DNA of 64,000 nucleotides from Microcoleus sp. (GTDB lineage Bacteria > Cyanobacteriota > Cyanobacteriia > Cyanobacteriales > Microcoleaceae): contig CP181291.1 in assembly GCA_052279835.1 (NCBI GenBank), positions 928,001-992,000 on the forward strand, given 5' to 3'. The notes beneath the pieces are model-generated. The model saw only the letters and a program-made list of their open reading frames with translations, did no database searches and was not told the DNA's origin. Below are positions 52,158 through 63,085 of this stretch, in pieces. The position numbers were made by a program, and so were the translations under genes. Position 1 is the first letter of the stretch. Each line of letters opens with the position of its first letter.

Positions 52158-53036
52158 ATGATTAGAAATTACAAAGCAACTGGCATTAATCTCAAGAGTT
52201 CGCCCCTAGGGGAATCCGATCGCGTGTTGACAGTTTTAACGCGGGAGTTTGGTTTAATTAGAGCCGTAGCGCCCGGTGTTCGCAAACAACGATCGACCAT
52301 CGGCGGTAGAAGCGAATTATTTGTGGTCAATGAATTGCTCCTGGCCAAAGGTCGATCGCTCGACAAAATTACCCAAGCCGAAACTGTAGAGTCCCATCCG
52401 GGCTTGAGTCGCAACCTGGGAAAACTCGCATCCGCCCAATATTTGGCGGAATTGGCGATCGCCAGCGCCCTTTCCGACGAGCCCCAAGAAGAACTATTTT
52501 GCTTGCTGAGCGAACACTTGAAGCGTTTGGAGCGTTTGTCCGATCGCACCGATGCAGACTCCCTCGCCTTACTTATCGCCCACCTGGATCAGGCAATTTT
52601 TCACCTGCTAGCCATTGCCGGCGTTGCACCCCAAGTCCAAGTCTGCTGCGCCACCAGACGCCCCTTGATTCCAAATTTCACAGATCCAAACTGGCAAATT
52701 GGATTTAGCATACCTTCGGGGGGAACCTTCAGCTTGTCCGAGTTAGCTAACTTAGAGACAGAAAGATCCGAGGCGACGGGTTCGGCTTACACTGGGGCTT
52801 CCCGTTCCCCGAAAACTTCTGCCAGCAAACACTTGACAGATTTTTGCATTAATGCTATGGAATTAAACGCACTGCAACAGTTGGGTAGCCCAGAACTCAA
52901 AATAGGAGGGATAGGCGATGGCGGAGCTTGGGTATCAGTAGAAAATATTTTGCGGCAGTATGCCCAGTATCATTTAGGTTGTGCGATTCGATCTGGAAGT
53001 TCGATCGATGCTTATTTAGAAAGTTTTGAGTTTTGA
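52158..53036 (+). CDS. recO: DNA repair protein RecO
   Basis: GINLK..LGESDRVLTVLTREFGLIRAVAPG; conserved deoC-recO synteny. Confidence 0.93.
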   Translation: MIRNYKATGINLKSSPLGESDRVLTVLTREFGLIRAVAPGVRKQRSTIGGRSELFVVNELLLAKGRSLDKITQAETVESHPGLSRNLGKLASAQYLAELAIASALSDEPQEELFCLLSEHLKRLERLSDRTDADSLALLIAHLDQAIFHLLAIAGVAPQVQVCCATRRPLIPNFTDPNWQIGFSIPSGGTFSLSELANLETERSEATGSAYTGASRSPKTSASKHLTDFCINAMELNALQQLGSPELKIGGIGDGGAWVSVENILRQYAQYHLGCAIRSGSSIDAYLESFEF

Positions 53037-53243
53037 GCAGAGGAAAAAGAGCGATCGGCACGCTCTCATCCCCAATCAGGGCGAAACCCGAACCAGCAAG
53101 TAATTTCAGGTAAAGTCCAAAGATTCTGAGAACATTGGATAATAAAAAAGTTACAAATTATTAAACTTGGCTGTTCAAGCCCTAATTTGAATTTCCCATC
53201 CCGCCGAATCTCGATCGTCAAGAGCGATTTTGCCCCAAACCCC

Positions 53244-54809
53244 ATGATGCGACTTTCCGATTCTGATTTGACAAGATCTGTTTTAAGCGTGACTCATCAC
53301 CAGATGGAAGAACGAGAAAATTTGCCCAACTTCGACTCTCATCCAGTTTCCGATGTATGGAGCAAGGTCCAAGACTCAGCAATGGATAAATATCCCACCA
53401 CTCCCGAACCAAACAGGGGAAATGGCCACGTCAAGCAACCGGAACAAAAACTCCCCCAGGAAACCACCCCCGAACCAACCGCCACCAACTCAGCAGCAAT
53501 TGTCGAAAATCCCGAACCAGAAACAGGATTTCTGCCAATTCTGAAAAACCGTAATTTTTTAGCATTGTGGAGCGGCCAAATTTTCTCCCAGCTAGCAGAT
53601 AAAGTGTATCTGGTACTGACCATCGCCCTGGTAGCCAGCAACTTTCAAGCAGCGGATCAAACCATCAGCAGGTGGGTGTCAGCAATCATGATTGCCTTTA
53701 CAATTCCCGCAGTGCTGTTCGGGGCCGCCGCCGGTGTCTATGTTGATAGATGGCCAAAAAAAGCAGTGCTCGTAGCCACAAACCTGCTGCGGGGAAGTTT
53801 AGTTTTAAGCCTGCCCATAGTGCTGTGGCTATCTAAAGGCATAGAAATAGGTCAATTACCCCTCGGATTCTGTTTGCTGCTGCTGGTGACATTCCTAGTT
53901 TCAACCCTAACTCAATTTTTTGCCCCAGCAGAACAGTCAGCCATTCCTCTGATGGTAGAACGTCGCCACTTGCTCACCGCAAACTCCCTCTACACTACAA
54001 CCATGATGGGTTCGGTGATTATTGGTTTTGCAGTGGGAGAACCCCTACTAGCTTTAGCCGATACTCTCTTTACTAACCTTGGTGGCGGCATTGGCATTGG
54101 CAAAGAATTGATAGTAGGAGGAAGTTACGCACTCGCCGGAGTCTTGTTGCTTTCCCTGAAAACTGGCGAAAAAACCGAGGTGGAACACGAACCGCCACAT
54201 CCCCTAGCTGACTTGAAAGATGGGCTACGTTACATCAACGATCAACCAAAAGTCCGTAATGCTTTAATCCAACTAATTATTCTGTTTTCGATTTTTGCAG
54301 CCTTAGCAGTTTTAGCAGTGCGGTTGGCCGAAATACTTCCAGGTATGAGGGCTTCTCAATTTGGCTTTTTGCTGGCGGCGGTGGGTGTGGGTATGGCCGC
54401 GGGAGCAACAACTGTTGGTTATCTAGGTAACAAATTTTCTCACTCCCAATTCAGTTTAATTGGCTCCATCGGCATGGCAGTTGCTCTGATTGGTCTGTCT
54501 CTATTTACACACAATTTGTGGATATCCGTACTATTGATTACCCTGTTGGGTGTATTTGCGGCGATCGTCGGAGTGCCAATGCAGACTACAATTCAAGCAG
54601 AAACTCCAGAAGAAATGCGGGGAAAAGTTTTTGGGCTGCAAAATAATGCCACTAATATCGCCTTGAGTTTACCCTTGGCCTTGGCTGGAGTTGCTGAAAC
54701 ATTTCTGGGTTTGCCAAAAGTATTTTTGGCTTTGGCTGGGTTAGCGATCGCAGGTGGTGTCTTAACCTGGTATATTTCCCGTAATAGCACAGTCGATCGA
54801 CTCCCATAA
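53244..54809 (+). CDS. MFS transporter
   Basis: LWSGQIFSQLADK, GVYVDRWPKK, FFAPAEQ, MRGKVFG; about 12 TM; start uncertain. Confidence 0.88.
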   Translation: MMRLSDSDLTRSVLSVTHHQMEERENLPNFDSHPVSDVWSKVQDSAMDKYPTTPEPNRGNGHVKQPEQKLPQETTPEPTATNSAAIVENPEPETGFLPILKNRNFLALWSGQIFSQLADKVYLVLTIALVASNFQAADQTISRWVSAIMIAFTIPAVLFGAAAGVYVDRWPKKAVLVATNLLRGSLVLSLPIVLWLSKGIEIGQLPLGFCLLLLVTFLVSTLTQFFAPAEQSAIPLMVERRHLLTANSLYTTTMMGSVIIGFAVGEPLLALADTLFTNLGGGIGIGKELIVGGSYALAGVLLLSLKTGEKTEVEHEPPHPLADLKDGLRYINDQPKVRNALIQLIILFSIFAALAVLAVRLAEILPGMRASQFGFLLAAVGVGMAAGATTVGYLGNKFSHSQFSLIGSIGMAVALIGLSLFTHNLWISVLLITLLGVFAAIVGVPMQTTIQAETPEEMRGKVFGLQNNATNIALSLPLALAGVAETFLGLPKVFLALAGLAIAGGVLTWYISRNSTVDRLP

Positions 54810-54833
54810 AATAACAAACTCAAATTTACTTGA

Positions 54834-56057
54834 ATGCACATTGCTTGGCTGGGAAAAAAATCACCTTTTTGCGGTAACGTCACTTATTCTAGGGAAGTCA
54901 CCAATGCACTTTTAGACCGGGGCTACCAAGTCAGTTTTCTGCACTTTGCCCAAGAAGCAGAACTAGAAAGGAATAAGGCAGCGTGGAGTATGGCTAATGG
55001 GAAATGGGGGGCAGAAATTGCTGCCACCTCATTTGCTCAGTCACTTCCACCCGCCAGTTGCAACGAAGTCTCCTTACCCTGTCTTTACAAGTCGCAAATT
55101 TATACAATTCCCACTTTCAAATCCAGTAAAGTGCTGATGAAATCTCTGCGGCGGCTGCAACCGGATGTCGTTCACGCTTCGCTGACCCTTTCGCCTCTAG
55201 ACTTTTTGCTACCAGAAATCTGCCAAGAATTGAATATACCCTTGGTAGCAACTTTTCACCCGCCCTTCGATCGCAAATTGCGGAATTTGACATCAGGAAC
55301 CCAACACCTGATGTATCAACTGTACGCTCCGTTTTTAGCTCACTACGACTCCACGATCGTATTTTCTCAGATTCAGCGGGATATATTGGTGAAGTTGGGA
55401 GTACCCGAAGAGCGGGTGGCTGTGATTCCCAATGGAGTAGACGCAGTTAAGTATTCTCCAGGGCCTTCGGGGTTGAAGTCGGAACTAAAGGCCGATCGGA
55501 TTTTTGTCTACCAAGGCCGCATTGCCCCAGAGAAAAATGTCGAGTCCCTGCTAAAGGCCTGGAAACAATGTAATTTTGGCGCTGGAAACCTATTGGCCAT
55601 CGTCGGCGACGGGCCCCTCGCCGCCTCGCTGCAACTATTCTACGGCGAAGATGAGGGCATTGTGTGGCTCGGATTTGTCGCCGACGAGGAACGGCGGATC
55701 GAAATTCTGCGCGGTGCAGATGTGTTTATTTTGCCTTCTTTGGTCGAGGGATTGTCGCTGTCACTGCTAGAAGCGATGGCCTGTGGCTTAGCCTGTTTGG
55801 CCACCGATGCCGGCGCTGACGGCGAAGCCTTGGAGGAAGGCGCTGGAATAGTTTTAAATACTCAGCGGGTGCGGAGTCAATTGCAAACGTTGCTACCACT
55901 GTTTTGCGATCACCCGGAAATGTCACAGATGCTTGGCCAAAAAGCTCGCCAACGGGCACTCGATCGGTACACTCTCAGTCAGAATATTACTGAGTTGGAA
56001 AAGCTGTATGCACAGGTTTTGCAAAGCCAGCGCGTACCAGTTCGCGGCTTAGCCTAG
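54834..56057 (+). CDS. dgdA: GT4 glycosyltransferase, probable digalactosyldiacylglycerol synthase
   Basis: MHIAWLGKKSPFCGNVTY N-terminus, GRIAPEKN, EGLSLSLLEAMACG; the recO-MFS-GT4 synteny matches my recollection of cyanobacterial dgdA. Confidence 0.75.
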   Translation: MHIAWLGKKSPFCGNVTYSREVTNALLDRGYQVSFLHFAQEAELERNKAAWSMANGKWGAEIAATSFAQSLPPASCNEVSLPCLYKSQIYTIPTFKSSKVLMKSLRRLQPDVVHASLTLSPLDFLLPEICQELNIPLVATFHPPFDRKLRNLTSGTQHLMYQLYAPFLAHYDSTIVFSQIQRDILVKLGVPEERVAVIPNGVDAVKYSPGPSGLKSELKADRIFVYQGRIAPEKNVESLLKAWKQCNFGAGNLLAIVGDGPLAASLQLFYGEDEGIVWLGFVADEERRIEILRGADVFILPSLVEGLSLSLLEAMACGLACLATDAGADGEALEEGAGIVLNTQRVRSQLQTLLPLFCDHPEMSQMLGQKARQRALDRYTLSQNITELEKLYAQVLQSQRVPVRGLA

Positions 56058-56063
56058 CAGAAC

Positions 56064-56112
56064 CGAGGCAGAGCCTCTAGATATGGGTTCCCAGGCTAGA
56101 GCCTGGGAACCA
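56064..56112. repeat. REP-like palindromes (family B)
   Basis: GAGGCAGAGCCTC and GGTTCCCAGGCT-AG-AGCCTGGGAACC; same family as 29539-29564. Confidence 0.75.
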
Positions 56113-56144
56113 GTTAAACTGTTGAAGCGGGAACGAGCAATGAA

Positions 56145-56392
56145 CTTGTTCCTTCTTCCTTCTTCCTTCTTCCTTGTTCCTTCTTCCTTCTTCCTTGTTC
56201 CTTGTTCCTTGTTCCTTGTTCCTTGTTCCTTGTTCCTTGTTCCTTGTTCCTTGTTCCTTGTTCCTTGTTCCTTGTTCCTTGTTCCTTGTTCCTTGTTCCT
56301 TGTTCCTTGTTCCTTGTTCCTTGTTCCTTGTTCCTTGTTCCTTGTTCCTTGTTCCTTGTTCCTTGTTCCTTGTTCCTTGTTCCTTCTTCCTT
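56145..56392 (+). repeat. Long heptamer STRR (CTTGTTC)n, about 35 units
   Basis: Near-perfect tandem array between convergent genes. Confidence 0.95.
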
Positions 56393-56398
56393 CGTTCT

Positions 56399-58078
56399 CT
56401 AACTTCCCGGCCGCAAATAATCCCAAAGTCGATCGCCCGAATCAGCCCGAATCAACGCAACTACAACATCCGGCAAACTGCCCAAACTGGGATAAACCAA
56501 ATAACGTGCTTCCCAGCGCGGCCCAAACTTATCTTTAAAACTGTGCAATCCCTGAAAATTATAAAACTTACTCAAGTGTTCAGAAAGATAAATTAACACC
56601 TTTTCCAAACGCCCAGATTTTTCAGATTCTCCCACTCCCGCCAAAGCCGATAAACCCAAGTCAAATTCTGCATATCCCAATTCTTGACAGTGCTGCAACA
56701 TCGAAGCAAATAAACACTCCATCGTGCCATTTTCCACCTCAATCCGCCTTCGCATTAAATCAACTCCAACTACCTGATTTCCCGAAGATATCATATTAGC
56801 AAAAGCACTAATTTTACCATCGGGCGTCTGGATAGCTATAGCGCGAGTTTCTCGTAGATATGTCTCGTTAAACCAGCCTACAGAAAAACGTTTTTCTGCA
56901 CCTTGAACCATTTGCAGCCACTCATCACTCACAGCTTTCATTTGCCGTATCAAGTCAGAACTTAAAGGCGGTTCGTAAAATTTGACTTGGTGTCCGGCTT
57001 TGGTCAAGCGATTTATGGCAGTTCTTAAATTTTGTTTAGCCTTGCCTTTGAGACTAAAATCTTTGAGATTGACCATAGCTGATTCGCCAATTTGTATGAC
57101 TCGAAAACCGAGAGCATAATATATTTCTAAATCATCCGGTAAAGTTTGATAAAATGTCGGATACCAATCATTGCGATCGCAAAATTCTTGAAACCCCAAA
57201 ATTGCCTCTTTGCGGTCTTCTGGCGGCCCGATGGGGTCTCCCAAGGCGATCGCACCTCTGCCTTTTGGCACGTAGGCGATCGCCGTTTTTCCCGAAGGAC
57301 TAAAATAATAAGATTTATCCTCAAGTAACGCTAATCTCCCTAGGGTAGTCCGTCCATATTTAGCGATAATTTCTTGAGCTTTATACCGTTCTGAAAAACT
57401 TGCCGAATCTCGCAACAGCACTGGACGCAGCAGCATCAAAAGTGCATAACCAAGCGTTACCGAACCCACAGCATAAATCGAATCCGCAAAAAACATTGCA
57501 AACCGAGTTTTTGGAACCAATCCTGCATTATCCGCCGTAAAAAACATTGCCAGAGTTTGGAACAGCGCTCGATCCCAATCAAAATTAACCCCTTGTTCGT
57601 TAACTTCAAAACGCCCATCCAGAATGTAAAAACCCATCGTCCCGTAAGCGAGGGTAAACAACAGAGCACCTAGCAAAACCCGAATTCCTTGAGCAATGGA
57701 AGGGCGATCGGACTTAGCAGTAAAAGTCTGACGCATCACCAACAACTGAAACAAGAGTACCCCAGAAAGCAAACTTTCTTCAACATCCAATCCCTTGATT
57801 AAATGAACGACAATAGAAAGGCTTAACAATCCCACTGTCAGCAACCAAGCAATCCGTTTTCGCCTCAACAAATTAGTTGCCAGAGTTAGCAGCATAAATC
57901 CGATAACTGCTGCAAAAAAATGCCCGCCAGCCCTCACGGTAAAAGGAAAAAAAGGCTCTAACCAATTTCGGCGATCGGGTAAACTAGGAGTTACAGCAGA
58001 CAGCAGATTAATCACTCCTACCAATCCGGTTAAAAATGATGCCGTCCAGAGTCCAATTCTAGTTTTTTGAGTTAACAC
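56399..58078 (-). CDS. MprF/LysX-like aminoacyl-phosphatidylglycerol synthase domain protein (DUF2156)
   Basis: N-terminal TM helices; DKSYYFS, LGDPIG, EKRFS, DLMRR, YNFQGLHSFKDKF.P.WE.RYL. Confidence 0.88.
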   Translation of the reverse strand: MLTQKTRIGLWTASFLTGLVGVINLLSAVTPSLPDRRNWLEPFFPFTVRAGGHFFAAVIGFMLLTLATNLLRRKRIAWLLTVGLLSLSIVVHLIKGLDVEESLLSGVLLFQLLVMRQTFTAKSDRPSIAQGIRVLLGALLFTLAYGTMGFYILDGRFEVNEQGVNFDWDRALFQTLAMFFTADNAGLVPKTRFAMFFADSIYAVGSVTLGYALLMLLRPVLLRDSASFSERYKAQEIIAKYGRTTLGRLALLEDKSYYFSPSGKTAIAYVPKGRGAIALGDPIGPPEDRKEAILGFQEFCDRNDWYPTFYQTLPDDLEIYYALGFRVIQIGESAMVNLKDFSLKGKAKQNLRTAINRLTKAGHQVKFYEPPLSSDLIRQMKAVSDEWLQMVQGAEKRFSVGWFNETYLRETRAIAIQTPDGKISAFANMISSGNQVVGVDLMRRRIEVENGTMECLFASMLQHCQELGYAEFDLGLSALAGVGESEKSGRLEKVLIYLSEHLSKFYNFQGLHSFKDKFGPRWEARYLVYPSLGSLPDVVVALIRADSGDRLWDYLRPGS

Positions 58079-58096
58079 AGTTCACCTTTATATTTG

Positions 58097-59023
58097 CTAT
58101 TTTCTATTTTTCGCTGCGGACATTGATCTATTAAACTGCTTTCCAACATAACTCAAAGAATCCGCCAAATGCTTATGCCAATAATTCCAACCGACATCAG
58201 GGCCCACAATCCCATGTCCCCCCGCAAATTTGTTAAACTCATTCGCAATACCCAAACTATTTAGTTGAGCGTGAAACTGTTGAGTGGAAGTAAGAAACTT
58301 CTCATCTCCTTCCCCCGCATCCAAATAAGCCCGGAGTCTTTGTCTATCTTTAATAGAAAGTTTCTCAACTAAATATTTAGGACTATTAGCCTTGCCACTT
58401 TGATCCGTAAAATAGCCACTATGGCTGAACAGAATATTAAAATTATTCAAGTAGCGCAAACCGATATTAAAAGCACCCCAACCCCCCGAAGATTGTCCCC
58501 CCATTGCCCAGAATTTGGGGTCTTCCAGGGTTCGATAGCGCGATTTGATCTCAGAAACCAATTCCGAGCCGATCGCGCTTCCCACCAGACCATTGGGCCC
58601 ATCAAAATACTGCGGGTCCCACAAAGGACTCGTACCCCGCTGGTCGTTTCCGTCAGGAGTAATTATAATTGAGGGCGGTAATCTTTTGCTTTGATACAAG
58701 TCGTGAAGCACAGAAGTAACAGCAGCTTTGTCTTGATAAGCCCGTGCGTCTCCGTGTCCCCCGTGTAACAAAAAAATAACTGGATAACGCTGTTGGGAAT
58801 TTTTAGCGTAGCCCGGTGGTAAAATTAAGCCGTAAGTGCGCTCTGAGTTCATAGCCACACTTTTATATGTTTTGAGTTCAAAATTCAAGTTGGCATCGGT
58901 GACTACTTTCGGAGGGTCTAACTGAGGTGCTCCGGCGATAAAAACGTACCAATATCCAGTTGCGCCTAATAGGAGAATAGTAACTGTACCGATACCGAAA
59001 ACTTTTTCTATCCATTTAGGCAT
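58097..59023 (-). CDS. Membrane-anchored alpha/beta hydrolase (esterase family)
   Basis: YPVIFLLHG, GQSSG nucleophile elbow, DAG..D, GGH. Confidence 0.87.
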   Translation of the reverse strand: MPKWIEKVFGIGTVTILLLGATGYWYVFIAGAPQLDPPKVVTDANLNFELKTYKSVAMNSERTYGLILPPGYAKNSQQRYPVIFLLHGGHGDARAYQDKAAVTSVLHDLYQSKRLPPSIIITPDGNDQRGTSPLWDPQYFDGPNGLVGSAIGSELVSEIKSRYRTLEDPKFWAMGGQSSGGWGAFNIGLRYLNNFNILFSHSGYFTDQSGKANSPKYLVEKLSIKDRQRLRAYLDAGEGDEKFLTSTQQFHAQLNSLGIANEFNKFAGGHGIVGPDVGWNYWHKHLADSLSYVGKQFNRSMSAAKNRK

Positions 59024-59031
59024 AATGTTTG

Positions 59032-59072
59032 TTATTAGTTATTAGTTATTAGTTATTAGTTATTAGTTATTG
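59032..59072 (+). repeat. Heptamer STRR (TTATTAG)n
   Basis: Five or more tandem units between divergent genes. Confidence 0.85.
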
Positions 59073-59153
59073 GTTGTTTGTTACATAATAAAATCATTAG
59101 TGCCCAAGGACCCATACCCAATGCCCGATGCCCAATTCCCAATTTCCAACCAA

Positions 59154-59588
59154 ATGATTTACCAAAATCCTACGCCCACAGTTGATATTATCATAGAATT
59201 GGTCGATCGCCCCCACCGCCCGATCGTACTCATAGAACGTCGCAATCCTCCCTACGGCTGGGCGATTCCCGGCGGCTTCATGGATTGTGGCGAATCCGCA
59301 GAAACAGCGGCCAAACGGGAAGCCTTAGAAGAAACCAAATTAGAAGTAGAATTAATCGAGCAATTCTACGTTTATTCTGACCCAAATCGCGACCCCCGCA
59401 AACATACTCTCAGTATAGTCTTCCTAGCTTCCGCCACCGGAATTCCTGAAGCTGCTGACGATGCTAAAAATTTAGAAATATTTGAATTTTGGCGTATTCC
59501 AACCCAATTGTGCTTCGATCACGATCGCATTTTGCGCGATTATTGGCGATACCGTCATTATGGATTGCGCCCCCAATTAAAAGCATAG
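59154..59588 (+). CDS. NUDIX hydrolase (ADP-ribose pyrophosphatase-like)
   Basis: [23 protein letters not shown]udix box; RDPR; FDH. Confidence 0.92.
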   Translation: MIYQNPTPTVDIIIELVDRPHRPIVLIERRNPPYGWAIPGGFMDCGESAETAAKREALEETKLEVELIEQFYVYSDPNRDPRKHTLSIVFLASATGIPEAADDAKNLEIFEFWRIPTQLCFDHDRILRDYWRYRHYGLRPQLKA

Positions 59589-59685
59589 TTGTAGAGGCGA
59601 TGTCAAGAATCCCAGCCCCCTCGTTAGTAGGCTGCGTATTGCCGAATTTACTACCAATTCCCCATTCCCCATTACCAATTAACCA

Positions 59686-60600
59686 ATGACAATCTTGACA
59701 ATATTAGGCGGAGGTGCTTGGGGCTCGGCACTAGCAAATCTGGCAAGTAAAAATGACCATCAAGTTAACTTGTGGTCCCGTCGTAGTTCTTTTGAGCTAG
59801 AGTCTGCGATTACAGGTACGGATGTTGTGGTTTCGGCAGTTTCCATGAAAGGGGTTGCCGCTACAGTCGATCGACTTCTGTCCACAAATCTGGGCCCTAA
59901 CACCATTATAGTTACTGTTACCAAAGGTTTAGACCCCGCCACTACTCGTACTCCTTCACAAATTTGGCAAACTGCTTTTCCTCGCCATCCGATTGTGGTG
60001 CTTTCTGGTCCTAATCTTTCTGAGGAAATTCGGCAGGAATTACCTGCTGCAACGGTAGCAGCTAGTTCGGATTTAGCAGCAGCTAAGCAGGTGCAGCATA
60101 TTTACAGTTCGGAAATTTTTCGGGTTTATATTAATCAAGATCCCTTGGGAACTGAATTGGGTGGTACCCTGAAAAATGTATTTGCGATCGCCGCTGGTGT
60201 TTGCGACGGTTTACAATTAGGAACTAATGCAAAATCTGCCTTGCTAACTCGTGCTTTGCCGGAAATGATTCGAGTTGGTGTTCGTTTGGGCGCTCACGCA
60301 GAAACTTTTTATGGATTGTCAGGCTTGGGAGATTTACTCGCTACGTGTAATAGTTCTTTATCGCGCAATTACCGTGTTGGTTTTGGATTGGCTCAAGGTA
60401 AATCTTTAGAGCAAATTTTGCACGAATTACAAAGCACGGCTGAGGGAGTAAATACTACCAATGTTTTGATTGATTTAGCTAATCAACGTGCTATTGAAGT
60501 ACCTGTTTCCCGTCAAGTCTACCGTTTGCTCAATGGTGAAATTACTCCCGAACAAGCAGTTTTAGCTCTGATGGAACGAGATTTGAAACCTGAAACATAG
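59686..60600 (+). CDS. gpsA: NAD(P)H-dependent glycerol-3-phosphate dehydrogenase
   Basis: GGGAWGSALA, TKG, LSGPN, GGTLKNV, GLGDL.ATC..SRN. Confidence 0.95.
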   Translation: MTILTILGGGAWGSALANLASKNDHQVNLWSRRSSFELESAITGTDVVVSAVSMKGVAATVDRLLSTNLGPNTIIVTVTKGLDPATTRTPSQIWQTAFPRHPIVVLSGPNLSEEIRQELPAATVAASSDLAAAKQVQHIYSSEIFRVYINQDPLGTELGGTLKNVFAIAAGVCDGLQLGTNAKSALLTRALPEMIRVGVRLGAHAETFYGLSGLGDLLATCNSSLSRNYRVGFGLAQGKSLEQILHELQSTAEGVNTTNVLIDLANQRAIEVPVSRQVYRLLNGEITPEQAVLALMERDLKPET

Positions 60601-60647
60601 CCTTTTTCAACTCAATCTGACAAATAACAACTAACCATTCCCCATTG

Positions 60648-60767
60648 GGTGCATCTGTATTTGGCAAATATATTCGTAGGGGCGAAGCATGACCGCTGTA
60701 AATCTCTGGTGATCACTAATAAATTGTCTGCGGTCATGCTATAGCCATTACAAAATCGGGATGCTCA
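60648..60767. repeat. MITE-like element containing a GTAG-type REP doublet
   Basis: GGTGCATC...GGATGCTC ends; GTAGGGGCGAAGCATGACCGC...GCGGTCATGCT; inverted homolog at 29438-29533. Confidence 0.72.
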
Positions 60768-60799
60768 CTTCCCCGTTCCCCATTCCCCACGCCCAATTC

Positions 60800-63085
60800 C
60801 TATTCATTCACTTGACTGAGCCGCCGCAAATTCAAAATATCGCTCATATTTTTAATTTGCATACAAGTGCGCTCGAACTGTTCTTTATCCTGGATATCCA
60901 TGCACAAGTCAATTAAGGCTGGAAAACCGGGATAGGTTTTTACTTGAGCGCTGCGGACGTTGACCTGATTGTCTTTTAAATGCGATAATACATCGTTGAA
61001 AACTCCTACTCGGTCTAGGGCTTCAATTTGAATATTAACCGCATAAGTATTCGGGCGACTGCCATTGCGAGGGCTCGCATTCCAACTCACAGGAACCAGC
61101 CGATCCCCCGGCACACACTCAACGTTTACACAACCTTGTCGGTGAATAGAAATGCCACGGGTGCGAGTCACAACTCCAATAATTGCTTCCCCCGGAATTG
61201 GACAACAGCAGCCTGACAAATGATAAAGTAATCCTTCAACACCTGCGATCGGCGATTTGCTCGGAGATGAACTCGGCACTGGTTTCGGTGGCATCATCAC
61301 AGGTATTTGCGTGGGCAATTCCTGAGCTGAACCCACGGTGGCAACCTCAACTTTTTGGCGGAGTTTTACCAAATCTTGGATGCGATTTACTACCAGATTT
61401 AATGTCAGTTCACCGTAGCCTAAACCAGCTAATAAATCTTCGACGCTGTGGTAATTGCAGCGGTGGGCTACTGATTGCATCGGTTCGGATTTGAGCAAAG
61501 ATTCAAAGCCACTTTTGCCTAATTCTTTCTCCAATAATTCCCGGCCGCGGGCGATATTTTCATCTCGGTGCGATCGCTTAAACCACTGTCTAATGCGGTT
61601 TTTCGCTCCGTTTGTTTTGACAAAGTTCAGCCAGTCTAAACTGGGACTACCATTTTTTTTAGTCAGAATTTCGACAATATCGCCATTCTTTAAAACTGTG
61701 TCTAGTGTCACCATCCGCCCGTTGGCCCGCGCCCCGGTGCAATGATTGCCGATTTCGGTGTGAATGCGATAAGCAAAATCTACGGGTGTGGAACCTTTAT
61801 TGAGAGCAATGACATCTCCGTTGGGAGTAAAAACATAGATATCTTCGTCAAATAAGTTGTCTTTAATGCTTTCTAAATATTCCCGATCGTCTTTGAGGTC
61901 GCTTTGCCACTCTAGCAGTTGCCGCAGCCAAGTAAATTTCTCGTCGTCTCCGGTGACTTTCGTATTGCTAGAACCACCTGTTTCTTTGTATTTCCAGTGG
62001 GCGGCAATCCCGTATTCAGCGATGTGGTGCATTGCTACTGTACGAATTTGCACTTCGATGGGCCGGCCGCTGGTTCCGATTACTCCTGTGTGCAAAGATT
62101 GATAGCGATTTGCCTTCGGTAAACCGATATAATCTTTAAAGCGGCCTGGTATGGGGCGGAAAGAATCGTGGACGATCGCCAAAGCTCGATAACAGTCATC
62201 ATTAGTTTCGACAATTATCCGCACCGCAGCAATATCATAAAGTTGGTGAAACCCTTTTTGACTGCGCTGCATCTTCCGATAAATCCCGTACAAATGTTTG
62301 GGACGGCCGCTAAGTTCATAGCATTTTATGCCTAATTTTTCAAGTCTTTCTAGCAAACTATTTGTAACTTCTGCCAGTTGAATTTCGCGATCGGACCGTT
62401 TGACAGCCACTAAATCCTGAATTTCGCGGTAAGCATCCGGTTCCAGGTATTTAAAAGCTAAATCTTCCAATTCCCACTTAAACCGACCAATACCCAAACG
62501 ATTCGCCAGGGGAGCAAAAATTTCTCGTGTTTCTAGGGCAATGCTGCGACGCTTTTCTTCTGGCAGATGCTCCAAAGTCCTCATGTTGTGCAGTCTGTCT
62601 GCCAACTTGACGACAATCACTCGAATATCTTTAGCCATTGCTAAAAACATCCGCCGAAAATTTTCAGCTTGGCGTTCAGTTTTGCTGGAAAAATTAAATT
62701 TAGAAAGTTTTGTCACCCCTTCCACCAACTGTCGCACTTCATAACCGAACTTTTGTTCCAAGTCTTCGGCAGTCACGTCTGTATCTTCAACAATGTCGTG
62801 GAGGAAGCCTGCTGCGATCATCGCACTGTTAGCACCCATATAGCGTAGCATCCCAGCCACAGCTATCGGATGGCAAATGTAAGGTTCTCCTGACTTTCGG
62901 TATTGTCCTTCGTGCAAGTCACGGGCAAATTCAAAGGCCTGACAAATTAAGTTGTTGCCAGTGGGACAATGGGAGCTAGAGTCTGCTTCTAGGGTCGAGC
63001 GGGCATTCAGGCATTCTTGTAGCCAATCGGGAACGATCGCAGGATCGATAGCAGGAGTGAGAGTTTGAGCATTCATGGTACGCAC
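60800..63085 (-). CDS. relA: Bifunctional (p)ppGpp synthetase/hydrolase (RSH)
   Basis: RKSGEPY..HP, LHDIVED, KLADRLHNMRT, YQSLHT, EVQIRT, TGS (DFAY.IHT), ACT domain. Confidence 0.96.
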   Translation of the reverse strand: MRTMNAQTLTPAIDPAIVPDWLQECLNARSTLEADSSSHCPTGNNLICQAFEFARDLHEGQYRKSGEPYICHPIAVAGMLRYMGANSAMIAAGFLHDIVEDTDVTAEDLEQKFGYEVRQLVEGVTKLSKFNFSSKTERQAENFRRMFLAMAKDIRVIVVKLADRLHNMRTLEHLPEEKRRSIALETREIFAPLANRLGIGRFKWELEDLAFKYLEPDAYREIQDLVAVKRSDREIQLAEVTNSLLERLEKLGIKCYELSGRPKHLYGIYRKMQRSQKGFHQLYDIAAVRIIVETNDDCYRALAIVHDSFRPIPGRFKDYIGLPKANRYQSLHTGVIGTSGRPIEVQIRTVAMHHIAEYGIAAHWKYKETGGSSNTKVTGDDEKFTWLRQLLEWQSDLKDDREYLESIKDNLFDEDIYVFTPNGDVIALNKGSTPVDFAYRIHTEIGNHCTGARANGRMVTLDTVLKNGDIVEILTKKNGSPSLDWLNFVKTNGAKNRIRQWFKRSHRDENIARGRELLEKELGKSGFESLLKSEPMQSVAHRCNYHSVEDLLAGLGYGELTLNLVVNRIQDLVKLRQKVEVATVGSAQELPTQIPVMMPPKPVPSSSPSKSPIAGVEGLLYHLSGCCCPIPGEAIIGVVTRTRGISIHRQGCVNVECVPGDRLVPVSWNASPRNGSRPNTYAVNIQIEALDRVGVFNDVLSHLKDNQVNVRSAQVKTYPGFPALIDLCMDIQDKEQFERTCMQIKNMSDILNLRRLSQVNE

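Noticed and set aside
56049..56596. ORFs with (FLVPCSL)n or (NKEQGTR)n
   Set aside because: Artefacts of the (CTTGTTC)n heptamer array
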